From Plasmodiophora brassicae (lineage: Eukaryota): a DNA stretch of 64,000 nt. The notes under the pieces are model-generated. The model was given only the letters and a program-made list of their open reading frames with translations. It ran no database searches and was not told where the DNA came from. Position 1 is the first letter of the stretch. Every line of letters begins with the position of its first letter. The stretch is from the NCBI GenBank assembly GCA_036867785.1, contig CP145410.1:372001-436000 (forward strand), read 5' to 3'. The translations under genes were made by a program, and so were the position numbers. Of this stretch, positions 37,173 through 49,112 are shown piece by piece.

Positions 37173-38922
37173 ATGGCCGACGTCGACCGTGGCAGACATG
37201 TGATGTTCTCGGAGATGGACAACGCCGCCCTGGGCTGGTTCCATCTTCGTGCCGTCCTCGTCACTGGTGCTGGCTTTTTCACTGATGCGGTCAGCGGCCG
37301 CCGACCCCGTTTGTGACCCAGCCGCCCTCTGATGCAGTGTGCAGTACGACATCTTCGTCATCTCGCTGGTCCTGCCCATGGTCTACAAGGTCTACTGGCC
37401 GGACTTGAACTTCGCCAGGGAGTACCCGTTCTACGACGGCCTGCTGAAGGCCAGCACCATGTACGGGAACTTCATCGGCCAGCTCGTGTTCGGGTACCTC
37501 GGCGACCGGTACGGGCGCAAGCGCATGTACGGCGTCGAGCTCGTCATCATGATCGTCTGCACGATCGGGTCGGCGACGAGCGCCTCGTCCGTGCGCGGCG
37601 CCAACGTCCTCGTCTACCTGGCCCTGTGGCGCTTCTTCCTCGGCATCGGTATCGGCGGCGACTACCCGCTGTCGTCGATCATCACGTCGGAATTCGCCAA
37701 CGTTCGCCACCGAGGCGCCATGATGGCCGCCGTGTTCGCCTTGCAGGGCATTGGCATTCTGGTTGGCGGCGGCGTTGTGCTGGGCCTGCTGGCCTGGTTC
37801 GAATCGTCGATTCGCGCCGACCCGTTCACGCTGGACTACGTCTGGCGAATCGCGTTGGCGTTCGGCATCGTCCCGGCTATGGTCGCGGTCTACTTCAGGC
37901 TGACGTTGCCCGAGTCGCCGCGGTACACGGCCCATGTCCAAGGCGACGTAGACCGGGCGCAGGCAGACGCCGCTCGCTGCATTGAGATGAACTCGATCGG
38001 CAACGACGCAAGCGAGGAAGATCGCGTCGTCAACGTCGAGGAGGTTCCCGTCGTCCCTGCCGGGCGCTGGAAGGACTTTGTGGGCCATTTCGGGCAGTGG
38101 CGTTACGGGAAGGTCCTGCTGGGCACCGCGTACTCGTGGTTCGTCCTCGACATCGCGTTCTACGGCCTGTCGTTGAACCAGTCGACGATCCTGATGGCCA
38201 TCAACTACGGCGGCCACACCGACGTCGTGTACGACCAGTTCTACCAGAACGCGGTCGGCGCCGTCCTCATCAACCTGATGGGAACCGTCCCCGGGTACTG
38301 GATCACTGTCGCCACCATCGGTATGACGGCGAAGCACACACCCACCACCACCGTTGCTGACAGCCCGTAATCAGATCGCATCGGGCGTAAGCCGATCCAG
38401 CACGTCGGGTTCGTCGTCATCGCGATCTGCATGGCGATCCTGGCAATCTACTGGAACGCCATGCTGGCCAATACGTCGTACTTCATCCCGTTGTATACGA
38501 TCGCACAGGTGCGGGCGTGTGAATGCCGCCCCCCTATCGAGCCCCGTGTCTGACTGATTGAACGGCGTACAGTTGTTCTTCAACTTCGGGTTGGTGCACA
38601 ACGGGGCCGCATTGATCGCGCCTTGATCGCATATGATAGGCCCAACGCGACGACGTTCGTCGTGCCCGGCGAAGTGTTCCCGACGCAGTGGAGATCGACG
38701 GGGCACGGGATCTCGGCCGCCTGCGGTAAGCTCGGGGCCGTCCTGGGCGTCCAGTTAGTGGCCCCGTACTTCCAGGACCACGCCCCCGTTGTCCTCGCTG
38801 TGTTCGCCGCCGCCATGCTGACTGGCGTGGCGTCCACCCTGCTGCTGCCTGAGACCAAAGGGCGCTCGCTCGAGGAGATTTGCAACGGCGACGGCGAGCG
38901 GAAGAGCGTTGGTTCGTGCTGA
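37173..38922 (+). CDS. MFS inorganic phosphate:H+ symporter (PHO84/PHT1 family), multi-exon
   Basis: GAGFFTDAYD, GDRYGRKRMYG, GIGGDYPLSS signature, NFGPNATTFVVPGEVFPT and HGISAACGKLG. Confidence 0.95.
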
Positions 38923-39072
38923 ACGTCGGCCACCCCACGCACATGGTTGCTAATACAGACGATCGTGCGCAAGCCGATGCGATTCAAGACGGCAGTGAGG
39001 AGCAGTGGCCAGCGTCGCTGGGATAGGGTTGCGCGTTGTGACACCCAGTGGATGTCGTTCTAGGCGCGAAGG

Positions 39073-42000
39073 ATGCCAGCGAAGGCAGCACCCGACTGTG
39101 GCCAATGTGGCAACCAGGCGCGCTCCGATGCGCGCTTCTGCGATCGATGCGGTGCCGAACTCAGCAACGGCGGCGGTCGGCATTCGTTTACCGAGCGTCG
39201 ACGGGATCTAACAGAGTCGCCCGCAGGCGCGCCTGACACGGTGGTGGACCTGGACAGCGCCCCAGACGCCGCTACCCGGTTGCAATTCGCCAAACGACTT
39301 CCGGTGCGGTTAGGCAAGACAGTCGACTCGTCGCGATCTCTGAACGAAGCACGTAGGAAGTGGACATGAATATACCATTCGGGCGCCTGCGCGAAGGGAA
39401 ACGCACGGCCAAGGCCCTAGCAGCGTTCTTCAAGGGCCGGGCCGCGCTTGAGGTCAAGTTCGCCAACGACCTGCGGAAGCAGGCCGCCACGTCGCTTGTC
39501 ATCAATGAGCCGGAATCGAAGTCGGGTGGACGGTTGGCGGCCGCCCACGTTGTCGCCCAGCCTGAACAATGGTGTTCCAGGGGCCTGACCGACCTGATCG
39601 GGCGGATGACGGCAGCGATTGAGCTGGACGTCCAGTTCTGCACCATGTACTCGCAGACGATCACGGACGACGTGCTCGTCGCCTTGGAGCAGGTTCGCCA
39701 CCTGGTCAAGGAGCAGGTCGCTACCTGTACGAAGCAGTACACGGACGCAAGGAACACGTTGAGAAGCGCGGAATCCAACCTTGCCAAAGTAATGCGACGC
39801 GCCACGTGGGCCTATCTCGTCGACTAAGCGACCTACCGTGCAGGTTACCGAGAAGCTGGCGAAACTGGAGCATCAGAGCGAGCACGAGACGAACAGCGCG
39901 AACGCGTTCCTGGCGGCCCGGTCCGCGGCCAAAGCTGATTCCGCGAAGCAAGCCATACCAGGCGTTCGCAAAGAACAGGCGCAAGCCCAAGTACGTTCGG
40001 CGGCTGCATTGCCTATCGGCAGGCTGACGTCCCGTTCAGGAAGCGGTCGTGTCCAGCCAGCAGTACCTGAAGGCGGCGCAGGCGTCGGTCTTGGATCAAC
40101 TCGAGGACATCGAGGTCCAGCGCATGCACAGGACGCTGGAGTGCCTGGACAAGGCCATGACGCTCGGCGTCGGTTTGCAGCGCCAGAAGCTGGCTTTCGA
40201 ATGGGACCTTGCTCGCAGACTGAGATCCGTCTCTGGACCACATGACATCGAAAGTTGGGTCGCCACCGTCTCGAAGCACGCCCGTTCCCCTGCTACAAAT
40301 GTCGACCACCAGCAGGAGCCAAAGGTCGAGGTCGACACGTGCGCGATGCCAGCCCAGGTCGTCGAGACGGGAAACGCGCGTTGCCTGCGACGTCTGACAG
40401 GAAACGTGTGTAGGACGGTGGGATGGAGAAGGCTGCGGATTCTCCAGCAACGACGTCCAAGCCAGCAGTGGATGTGCCAAAGGTGACGACCGTGGCACCG
40501 ATGGAGGTGGATTCGGACCAACCGGAAAGCGCATGGGCGGTCCCGGTGGAGTCCAGGGTTGCCTGGCTGCCCGGCGACCTCCCTAAGCAGATGGCCGTAT
40601 CGTGCCCCATGCTGGCCATCAACAGGGACCAGGCGTCGATCATGGCGTTGTGCGCCCTGGACCAGCTCTGTCAGACGCCCGACCTGCAGAAGTACTGCAG
40701 AAGGTCGGAGTGTCGGTAGGAACCGCACGCGGCGCCGCCTGATGGGGCACCGTTGTTCGCTTGTGCAGCGATTTGAGGATCCTGCTGGGCGTCCGAGAAG
40801 ACCACCTGCTGGCTGCCATCGACCAATACGGTCAACTGTTCACGTCGGAGTACACGTCGCAGACGTTGCTGGGTTACGCGCGGGACGATTTCCAGGCGTT
40901 CCTGCGCGGGATCTTCATTGCAAGTGACAGCAGCGTCGTGTCAATGGACGCCGACCGTCCTAAACGTTGTCCAGGTCTTGGGTATCCACCTGACTGAGGA
41001 TCGGTGCACGGCCGACTTTCGATGTTCCACGGCCATGATCGTGTCGGCGGCCAAGTCCAACGTTGTACGTCCACCTGTCCTGTGGAGCAGCACATTGCAC
41101 GGTAACGGAGGCCCTCTTTCAGGTGGACAGCGACTCCATCGACGTCTTCCTGCAATCGCTGGACGTCCCGCTCGGGCATTTGGAGTTGCCGTTTCAGGCA
41201 CAGTTCGCCGTGTTCCTGTACCGGCGCCTCCTGTCCGCTATCGTGGATAAGCCCAATGGTGATGATGACGATGATGATGACCTGGACGGCAACGCCAGTT
41301 CCAGGGCGTTCGACGACTGGTCGACCGTGCTGGAGCGCATTGCCCAGTTCAAAACCGCAAACAACGTCTCGGACGCTGTCCACGCGGCGCTCCTCCTCGA
41401 GGTGATCCACACCGAGATCCTACTCGACATTCAGAACGAGATGTACCCAGAGGAGTACCCGAAAGGTCGATGTGCCTAGAGCGCTCCCATCGTCCGTCGT
41501 CTGATGCCGGCCATGCAGTCGACCTGATGTCCAAGGTCAACGATTGCACAGCGGCGGCCATCGACCACGCTGTGGATTGCATAACGGCGTCGTTCGACGC
41601 TGCGGTCCCGCTCGCCGCCGCCATCAAACAGCAATTCAGAGTACGTCCTGCAGGGCCCCTCGAACGTCCTTCCGTCTCACGAGCATCGCCCGCAGGACTG
41701 GCTCTGCGTCCTCCTCGACAGCAACGTTCTGGTCGACGTTCGCTCGTACAGACGTGTCGCAACGCTTCTGGCCCGACTCGACGGTACATTGCATCCTTGT
41801 TGCTGTACGGCACACCCGCTAAGACAACGCTCAGGCGGCACAGAAACGCTCAGGCAATGTGTGGCCAGGTCGGCACGACGGGCGTACGCCGACATCAGGG
41901 ATCGGGTCGCGTCCAGGACCAATGCAATACTGGACTGGAATGGTACGGGCGGCGCGTTCGTTCGCTGGGCGCCGATGTGGTCGTAACGGGGAGGACGCGT

Positions 42001-43867
42001 AGAGTTCGCCCCGAGCCTGGCCAGCGAGGTGACCATGCTGTCGACGACGCAGGATCCGGGTATCGACACGATCCGGGGCATCTACCGGGACGTGTTCAGG
42101 CAGGCGCTGGCGCGCGACGCGCTGTGGTCGGCACAGGCGTCGCCCAGCGACTGGATGGAGATCCTGTCGTCGATGACCGTCGTCGACCTCGATGTGCGTC
42201 GACCGTCTGCGACGGGACGGGCGGGCGGGCGCCAATGAGATTCGTTGGGCAGGTGAAGGACGTCGTGGAGTCGATCGGGGCCGTTCGGCTGGCGGGATGG
42301 GTCCAGCAGCAACGAGAACAGGTCGCCGGCCTCGTCGAGCGCATGCTGCTGGCGGATCGCTGGTCGGTGCTCCCAGCCGCTGTCTGTCGCTGGACGTAAC
42401 TGTGCCCCAGGACGGTCGCTGATGAGAAAAGCGGCACTAGTTCGTCGGTCGTGGACGTGTTCTCGGCGATGTACGGTGCCATGGAGGCGCTGATGGCCAC
42501 TGCTAGGAAGGTCGGCCTGGACATGCCCGGACGAGGAGGAGGCTCTGGATCTCCAGCCGCCAGCGAGATTGTAGACCTGATGAACGACTACGTCGACGTG
42601 TATGCCAGCAGTGTCGTGGAGGCGGCGAGGCCGTCGCCGACAGCGCTGGCAAGCAAGACGGGCGTCGTCGGGAGGCAGACGAACAGCGCGCACCTGATCC
42701 AGGTGGCCGACCACGATCACAACAAGGTCAGGACAAGGTTCGGCAACATGACGAAATCGCTGAAATCCAAGTTGCACGCGCACACGCACTCCATCGACAT
42801 GTCGTCGTCGTCGTCGTCGCCGACGTCGGCAACGTCGCCCCCGTGTGAAACGGTTGCGATGCCGGTTGCCGCCTCCTCGAAATCGGTAGACGAGCTCGCT
42901 GTCCGCCTCTGCAACTGTCGAGAGGTTCGACCCGTCCTGATCGTCTCTCGGGACACGGCTGACACAGTGGATCACCAGGCATTGCTGCGGCTGACGTCGC
43001 TGGAGTACGACCTGAGTGAGAGGTTCAGGTACGTAACAGTTCAGATGGGCGTCTGCATTCATCAGTCGGCGCTAACACGATGGTGCCCCAGCGTGGATGG
43101 GTCGTCCATGCAACGCGGGCGTGAAGCGTTGGGCAGGCAGATCGCTGCACTGCAGGCGCTGATCGGCGAGCGCATCGTGTACCACGACCTCCAGGCAACA
43201 TTCGATCGGCTGTACAATCCGGCCGTGTCGTCGGCAACCGGCTTCGCAGCGGTCATGGCGAACCAGCTCGATGCGATCATGTCGGCGGCGTACGCCGCTG
43301 TTCGCGATGTCAGTGGAACGCACACGGCAGCGCTCGTCCTGTGTGCGGTGTCTGACCCGACGTCCGATGGCGTAGCAACACTTCCCTGGTGAACCTTCGT
43401 TCCCTGCCATCGTCCACAAGGTGTTCGCCGCGCTCATGGAGGCGCTGACGTGGGTGACAGGCCATGGCGCTGGTGGGCGGTGCTTCGCCGATACTGATTT
43501 CAGTAAGCTGGACACGATGCTGGCAGTGTCGTTGCGGTAATGGGTATCGCGTTGGTTCAGTGACCTTCACGGAAGACATCGCTGCGATTCAGGCCATGTT
43601 CGGGTCGGAACTGTCGGAAGCGACGGCGGGCGCCCTGGCGAAACCGTTCGAGGAACGCGTCCAGGATCTGGCTCAGTCGTCGAACGAAATCGCCCAGCGG
43701 TACAGCGCCGGCACCTGTATGTGACCGTGACGTTTGAGGCCCCGTTCTGCTCCTCGTTGTTTAACCCGAGCGGAACAGGTTCGAAAGACGACGCCACCAT
43801 TGTACTCCATCGGCGAACGGACCCGATCGCTGTCGCCTGGGTTCATGCAGAGAATAAATCCCGCTAG
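39073..43867 (+). CDS. Multi-exon protein: zinc ribbon + F-BAR (FCH) + Munc13-homology/PATROL1-like C-terminus
   Basis: CGQCG...RFCDRCG; LAAFFKGRAALEVKFANDLRK (FCH); IVYHDL...LY, GGRCF...EDIAAIQAMF and VLHRRTDP resembling the PATROL1/DUF810 C-terminus. Confidence 0.6.
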
Positions 43868-43970
43868 CAACGGCCGCCCTGGCAACATGCCACGTCTTTA
43901 CCGCATCAGTGGATCAGTCATTATTCGTGGTTGTGACAGCGCGACGCGACGCTGTGATAAGCACAAGGTA

Positions 43971-44132
43971 CCTGCAGGCCCAGGACGTCTCCCAGGGATA
44001 CCAATAAAGTCGTGGGCGCCAGTGGTATACCCTACTGTCAATACAACCACCTGGGCCGTTGCATGCTGAGTGGTGATACGTTGTCCCTGACGCCTTGCTG
44101 TCTTGGAAGCCAGCTCAGGTCGAATATACAGG
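43971..44132. repeat. Dispersed repeat copy B
   Basis: Inverted homolog of 9991-10131. Confidence 0.8.
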
Positions 44133-44359
44133 ACATGATCTGCGCACAACGATGCTGGGTCCCATCAACCCGCATGTACAGGCGTTGCCCAGCCCTGGCA
44201 TCATCACCCTAGACTGGCACCTGCACATGGGTATCGAGGGGATTCTTCACACCGAACCGTCTGGCGTCGGCCTGCCTCGATCAGCATTCAAACTAATCAA
44301 ACGATCACTCTTCGTCGCGCGGCTCGTCAGGACACCATTACGACACGTGATAATGACAG

Positions 44360-44687
44360 ACCGAGGCTCCTATGTCAGGTTCTCATTGAGGCCAGGTCTC
44401 GCAACGCGCTCCAGCTCCTAAAGGCGATGACCGCTGGCGTCTGCCTGGCATCCTCCGTCCTCACCGTCATCAGTCTGCTCACCATGATCAAGTTCATCCC
44501 ATTCGACACGTCGTTCTACACGGTCTGGCTGACGTTCCAGCAGACCTTCGACGCCTGCTCGACCGCCCTGCCCGCCATCATCGTCGGTTTCGCCCGCGGC
44601 CAGAAGACGATTCAGGTGACCGGCCCACCAATTAGTACGTCCTCGAAACAAAGCTCGAAACAAACCGCAGTGCCCACCAAAGTTTGA
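44360..44687 (+). pseudogene. 5'-truncated copy of the 7TM receptor-like family (only TM6-TM7 region left)
   Basis: FYTVWLTFQQTFDACSTALP matches the three full copies. No upstream TM1-TM5 is recognisable. Confidence 0.7.
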
Positions 44688-44945
44688 ACCCGAACCGACC
44701 AGCCAGCAACGCTCCTAAGTACCTCGTCACGCCGACTGTCCAGCATCAAGAAAGCTAACTCTCCTTTCACAATCGCCAACAGCAGATATCTTGCGAATGT
44801 TGCTGCGCGGGCGTACCCCGAGCAAAGTTGCCTACATCATGTCCTGCATTACGGCCTGTGTTAACAAAGTGTGATCATACAGACTTGTACTAAGCGTGGG
44901 TCGTCGGCGTATTCGAAGCGAACGACCTGCCAGAGTCGGGTTATC

Positions 44946-45776
44946 ATGTTGGAGTGGCTGAACCCGATGGTGTTGAGCTTTCTGCTGGTCATTCTCGTGG
45001 CCGTGCTATTCCTGTTTCTCGACACATGGAGCTGGTGCAGGCGGTTCCAGGCCGAAGGCTGGCAGCGTATCAATGCCGGCATCGTGTTCGTCCTGCTGGC
45101 CACGATCGGGACGGCCATTGCGCAGATGTTCTTAGTAGGGCGCACCGACAGCGAGTGCAACATTCTCCATCGTGTCTCGGGGTCCCTCTACACCACCAGC
45201 GAACCCTTGGTCCGAATACTGTTCATCGCGCGCCTGTTCGAGTTCAACAAGATGACAGTGTCGTGGGAGCGAATCATGGACCGCTGCCTCCTGATGTCCG
45301 CGTTCCTGTACCTGCTGGCGGCCGTCGTCACACTGAACCTCACAATGGGTACTGCTATCGTTGACAACGTCTGTACCGCTATTCTGAACCCAGCCGCCGC
45401 CGGGTTAACGTTCATGCTCCCGCAAATCATCGATATTGTAACGAACGCTCGCCTGTGGCAAGTGGTCAAAGAGGCACGGGCCTGCAGCGCGCTCCTGGTT
45501 CTGCTGTCGATGACGTTAGGCTTCTTTATGGCGTCCTCCGCCATCAGTATTCTGAGCCTGTTGATCGTACTGCAAATCATCCCGCTAGACCCAGCGTTCT
45601 ACACGGTCTGGCTGACATTCCAGCAGGCCTTCGACGCATGCTCGATTGCGCTCCCGACGATCATCGCCCGGTTCATGTGCCGCCACATTACGGGACCCGA
45701 CCTCGGAGATCCGCCACAAACGTCAGCTCAGAAGCAACCTTTACCGCAGACGACTGGCCGCGAATTGGATGCTTGA
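44946..45776 (+). CDS. Intronless 7TM GPCR-like protein, copy 1
   Basis: Seven hydrophobic segments, Cys at the top of TM3 (ECNIL) and in ECL2 (NVCT), and FIARL at the TM3 end. Confidence 0.8.
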   Translation: MLEWLNPMVLSFLLVILVAVLFLFLDTWSWCRRFQAEGWQRINAGIVFVLLATIGTAIAQMFLVGRTDSECNILHRVSGSLYTTSEPLVRILFIARLFEFNKMTVSWERIMDRCLLMSAFLYLLAAVVTLNLTMGTAIVDNVCTAILNPAAAGLTFMLPQIIDIVTNARLWQVVKEARACSALLVLLSMTLGFFMASSAISILSLLIVLQIIPLDPAFYTVWLTFQQAFDACSIALPTIIARFMCRHITGPDLGDPPQTSAQKQPLPQTTGRELDA

Positions 45777-46005
45777 CGGTTGCAACATGAGGCCACCACC
45801 AGACCAAGCGGCGACTGCCGATAGCACTTTAATGTCACCTGCGAACCCGTTTCTCCAGTTCACATCGCGCGGTCTGTCTCCCTCTCTTTCAGAGACTCGA
45901 AACAGCATTTGAGGGCATAAGGGTACCTACTGCGTATAACAAGCCTGGATCGTTGATCGTACCACAAGTGTCCTTGTTCGGCGTCCTGTTTGTCTTTGCG
46001 GTACC

Positions 46006-46845
46006 ATGCCGCCGGCTTGGTTGAACGTGGTGGTGCTGGCCATTCTCCTGTTGGTCGTTGTGGTCGTTCTGATTCTGTTTGTGGATACGTGGCGCCGTCG
46101 ACAAGGATCCACTGCAGAGGGCTGGAACCGCATCAACGCCGGGATAGTCGTCGTATTGCTGTTCGCGATCGGAACGGCCATCGCGCAGATGTTTCTCGAA
46201 GGACGTACCGAATTCGGCTGTCGCATTCTCCATCACGTCTCGGCGACGCTCAGTAACACAGGCGCATCCCTCGTGAAGGTGCTGTTCATCGCGCGCCTAC
46301 TTGAAGTCAACAAGTTGCCTAACAAGTGGGAAACCGTCTTGGATCGAGGCCTGCTGGCCACTACGTTCCTGTACTGGATACTGGGCATCACGTGGCTGAA
46401 CGCGACGCTTCGCACAGCCGTCGTTGAGAACGCGTGCATCGTTATTCTGGACCCCACTGGTGCCGCGTTCTCTCTCCTCATCCCACAGTTCATCGATGTC
46501 GTGACGAACGTACGCCTGTGGCAGGTGCTCCAGGTTGTGAAGTCCCGACCTGGAGTCAAGCTCCTTGTGGCGACGACGTTTGCATCCTGCCTGACATCGG
46601 ACATCATCAACGTCTTCAGCGTTCTAATCATGATGCAAATCATCCCGCTGGACCCTTCGCTCATCACGATTTGGCTGACGTTTGAACTGGCTTTCGACGC
46701 CTGCTCGACTGCTCTCCCTACCATCATCGTCCGTTTCGCACGCCGGCCTGACGAAGGCCGTACTTCGTGGGCCCGGATCCAGATACTGCCGTCTAGGCAC
46801 CCACCCAAGCCACATGAAATGCACCCGCAAACACCAAACGGTTAG
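46006..46845 (+). CDS. Intronless 7TM GPCR-like protein, copy 2
   Basis: Paralog with EGW.RINAG, CRILHH, FIARL, TN.RLW and FDACS.ALP. Confidence 0.8.
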   Translation: MPPAWLNVVVLAILLLVVVVVLILFVDTWRRRQGSTAEGWNRINAGIVVVLLFAIGTAIAQMFLEGRTEFGCRILHHVSATLSNTGASLVKVLFIARLLEVNKLPNKWETVLDRGLLATTFLYWILGITWLNATLRTAVVENACIVILDPTGAAFSLLIPQFIDVVTNVRLWQVLQVVKSRPGVKLLVATTFASCLTSDIINVFSVLIMMQIIPLDPSLITIWLTFELAFDACSTALPTIIVRFARRPDEGRTSWARIQILPSRHPPKPHEMHPQTPNG

Positions 46846-47104
46846 CATGCGCGCAGGCGCCTCTCCGAAATCGCAATACAGTCCACCATCAAATGATGTC
46901 ATAACAGCCTGCTGTTCAGCACCGCTCTGTCCTGCAGGTGGGTACCCGCAGTCCAGGGCAGTGCTAGATGCCAACCTCTGTTGGATTGCGATCCTGCGGG
47001 CAGTACCGAACTCGATCGCATAGCCGGACGGACTGGGTAGAATTGGATAGACGTCGGCGTACGTAATCGATCCGACCTGTTTGGAGCCATTCCGCTTGAG
47101 TTCC

Positions 47105-47947
47105 ATGCCGCCGACATGGACTGACTCGTTGATGCTCGGCATCCAGCTGTTTATCCTTGTGGCCGTTCTGCTCGTGTTCCTGGATACGTGGCACCGTCGA
47201 CGTGGGACTAAATCGGAGGGATGGAGGCGGATCAACGCTGGCATTGTTGGCGTCTTGCTGATAGCGATAGGGAGCACCATTGGGCAGATGTTCCTGTCTG
47301 CGCGAACGGAGCTCGAGTGCCGCATCCTCCATCATATCGCAGGAACGATGTGGAACACCTGCGTGCCCTTCGTCAGGATCCTGTTCATCGCGCGCCTGAT
47401 AGAAATTAACAAGTTGCCGAGGGAATGGGAACGCAATGTGGATTATGGCCTGCTGGTGACAGCGTTCGTGCTCTGGATCGTGGCTGTCGTCCTGTTGAAC
47501 ATGTCAATTCGTGCCGCTGTAATCGACGACATCTGCATCGCCGTTCTGGACCCCGCTGTCACCGCGTACACTATCGTGTCCCCGGCTGTGATTGACATCG
47601 CCACGAACGTGCGCTTATGGCTAGTTCACATGCAGGCACTGCAGCGCAATGCATTCAGGCTTCTGATAACGACGACGTTTGCATTCTGTCTGGCATCCTG
47701 CGTCCTCAGCCTGTTCAGCGTGTTGATCATTCTGTGCGCCATCCCCCTGGACCCGGCGTTCTACACGGTCTGGCTGACGTTCCAGCAAGCATTCGACGCC
47801 TGCTCGATCGCCCTGCCCTCGGTTATCGTCCGGTTTGCACGCGGCCAGGGACAATTGCACAAGACGAACCCGATGGTCGTGCACCACGCAGCACAGCTGG
47901 CAGCAATGCCATCGCTGAAACCATTCCAGTTCGGCACCTCCCGATGA
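47105..47947 (+). CDS. Intronless 7TM GPCR-like protein, copy 3
   Basis: Paralog with the same motifs. Confidence 0.8.
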   Translation: MPPTWTDSLMLGIQLFILVAVLLVFLDTWHRRRGTKSEGWRRINAGIVGVLLIAIGSTIGQMFLSARTELECRILHHIAGTMWNTCVPFVRILFIARLIEINKLPREWERNVDYGLLVTAFVLWIVAVVLLNMSIRAAVIDDICIAVLDPAVTAYTIVSPAVIDIATNVRLWLVHMQALQRNAFRLLITTTFAFCLASCVLSLFSVLIILCAIPLDPAFYTVWLTFQQAFDACSIALPSVIVRFARGQGQLHKTNPMVVHHAAQLAAMPSLKPFQFGTSR

Positions 47948-48082
47948 TCACCTGGGCAAACAACCAACTGTACCAACCCGAATCGGCATCGAACAAGTCT
48001 CTTTCCGCAAACAGCAGATTTCCCCAAGGCCAAACCTCATAAGCGACCATCGTGTTATAGGGGAATATACAATAATAAACGG

Positions 48083-48900
48083 TCATTCCCCAACTGATGT
48101 GTTGTCGGCTAGGTCCAGCTCTTTCAGCAGCGAGTCGATCTCATCCATGATACCTTCGTCATCAGGGCCCGCTCCACGTACTTCCTGACCTGGGGACCCA
48201 TCGACACCTGGGGGCTCTGTCAGTGTCCTCTCCACCATCGGGACGCCACCCGCATCGACGACGAAGTCCAGGATGAGGGGAGGGACGCCCAGCGACTGAC
48301 GGATACGGTTCACAGCCGCGAAATAGTTCCTGAAGAACGTCTCGTCGCTGATCCTGACGAGGAGGACATCAGCGGGAAGCAGCAGAAACGTCGCTCAGGA
48401 CCCGTCGGTCACCTTCGCGGGACCAGTCTGAATCGTAACTGGCTCAGGTTGCGGTCCTCAGCAAGCGGAACCTCGGCGAACATTGACGCGACGCCAATGT
48501 CGAACGGGATCGCCGTCGAGGGCTCCTTCAGGAACAGCCCCTCGTCGGCGCTTAACGCGAAGATCTGCCGTTTCAACTCGCCTCGCCTCTCGCCGTCTTC
48601 CTCGCAATGCCATGGCGGCACAATGGCGTTCTCTGTCCCAGGATCATCTGTCATGGCCGAGCGGGAACGCTTCCGGTGCCGGACCATACGCTTCATCTGC
48701 TGCAGGCGCTGCGCGCGATGCACGCGGGCGGCTCGGGCGCGCTCCTCGACCTGGAACTGCTCCCGGGCCTCCTCGATCTTCGTCTGTATCTCGCGCCCCG
48801 ACTCCCTCAGCGTCGTCTGCAGCCGCTGCCCCGATTCGGCCAGCTGCCCCTGCAACTTCCTGCCGGAATCCTGCAGGGTGCCCACCCACCGCGACAGCAT
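48083..48900 (-). CDS. BSD-domain protein (SYAP1-like), 2 exons
   Basis: VPPW...LKRQIFALSAD...FL, LRFRLVPRR|ISDETFFRNYF. Confidence 0.85.
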
Positions 48901-49112
48901 CCCCGCTGGCCGCCGCCGACCGTCGTCCAGCGCGCACCCAGTGACGTCACGCTCTGTAACTTGCTGTACGACGGGGGGGACGACGACGCCATGATCGCAC
49001 GGTACCACTAAATAGTCGACGGAACGGTCCCCCGAGCCTGTTGCCGGAGGTGGTGGCACGTCTGAACGCGCGCGACGCACCTTGCGGCGTAACGTGCCGC
49101 GCGCACTCAGCA

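Noticed and set aside
43710-43780. Possible non-canonical GC donor in the last intron of the F-BAR gene
   Set aside because: A canonical GT donor (ACC T|gtatgtg) gives the correct frame.
44946-47947. Microbial rhodopsin identity for the 7TM array
   Set aside because: There is no retinal-binding Lys in TM7 (FDACS.ALP rather than DxxxK).
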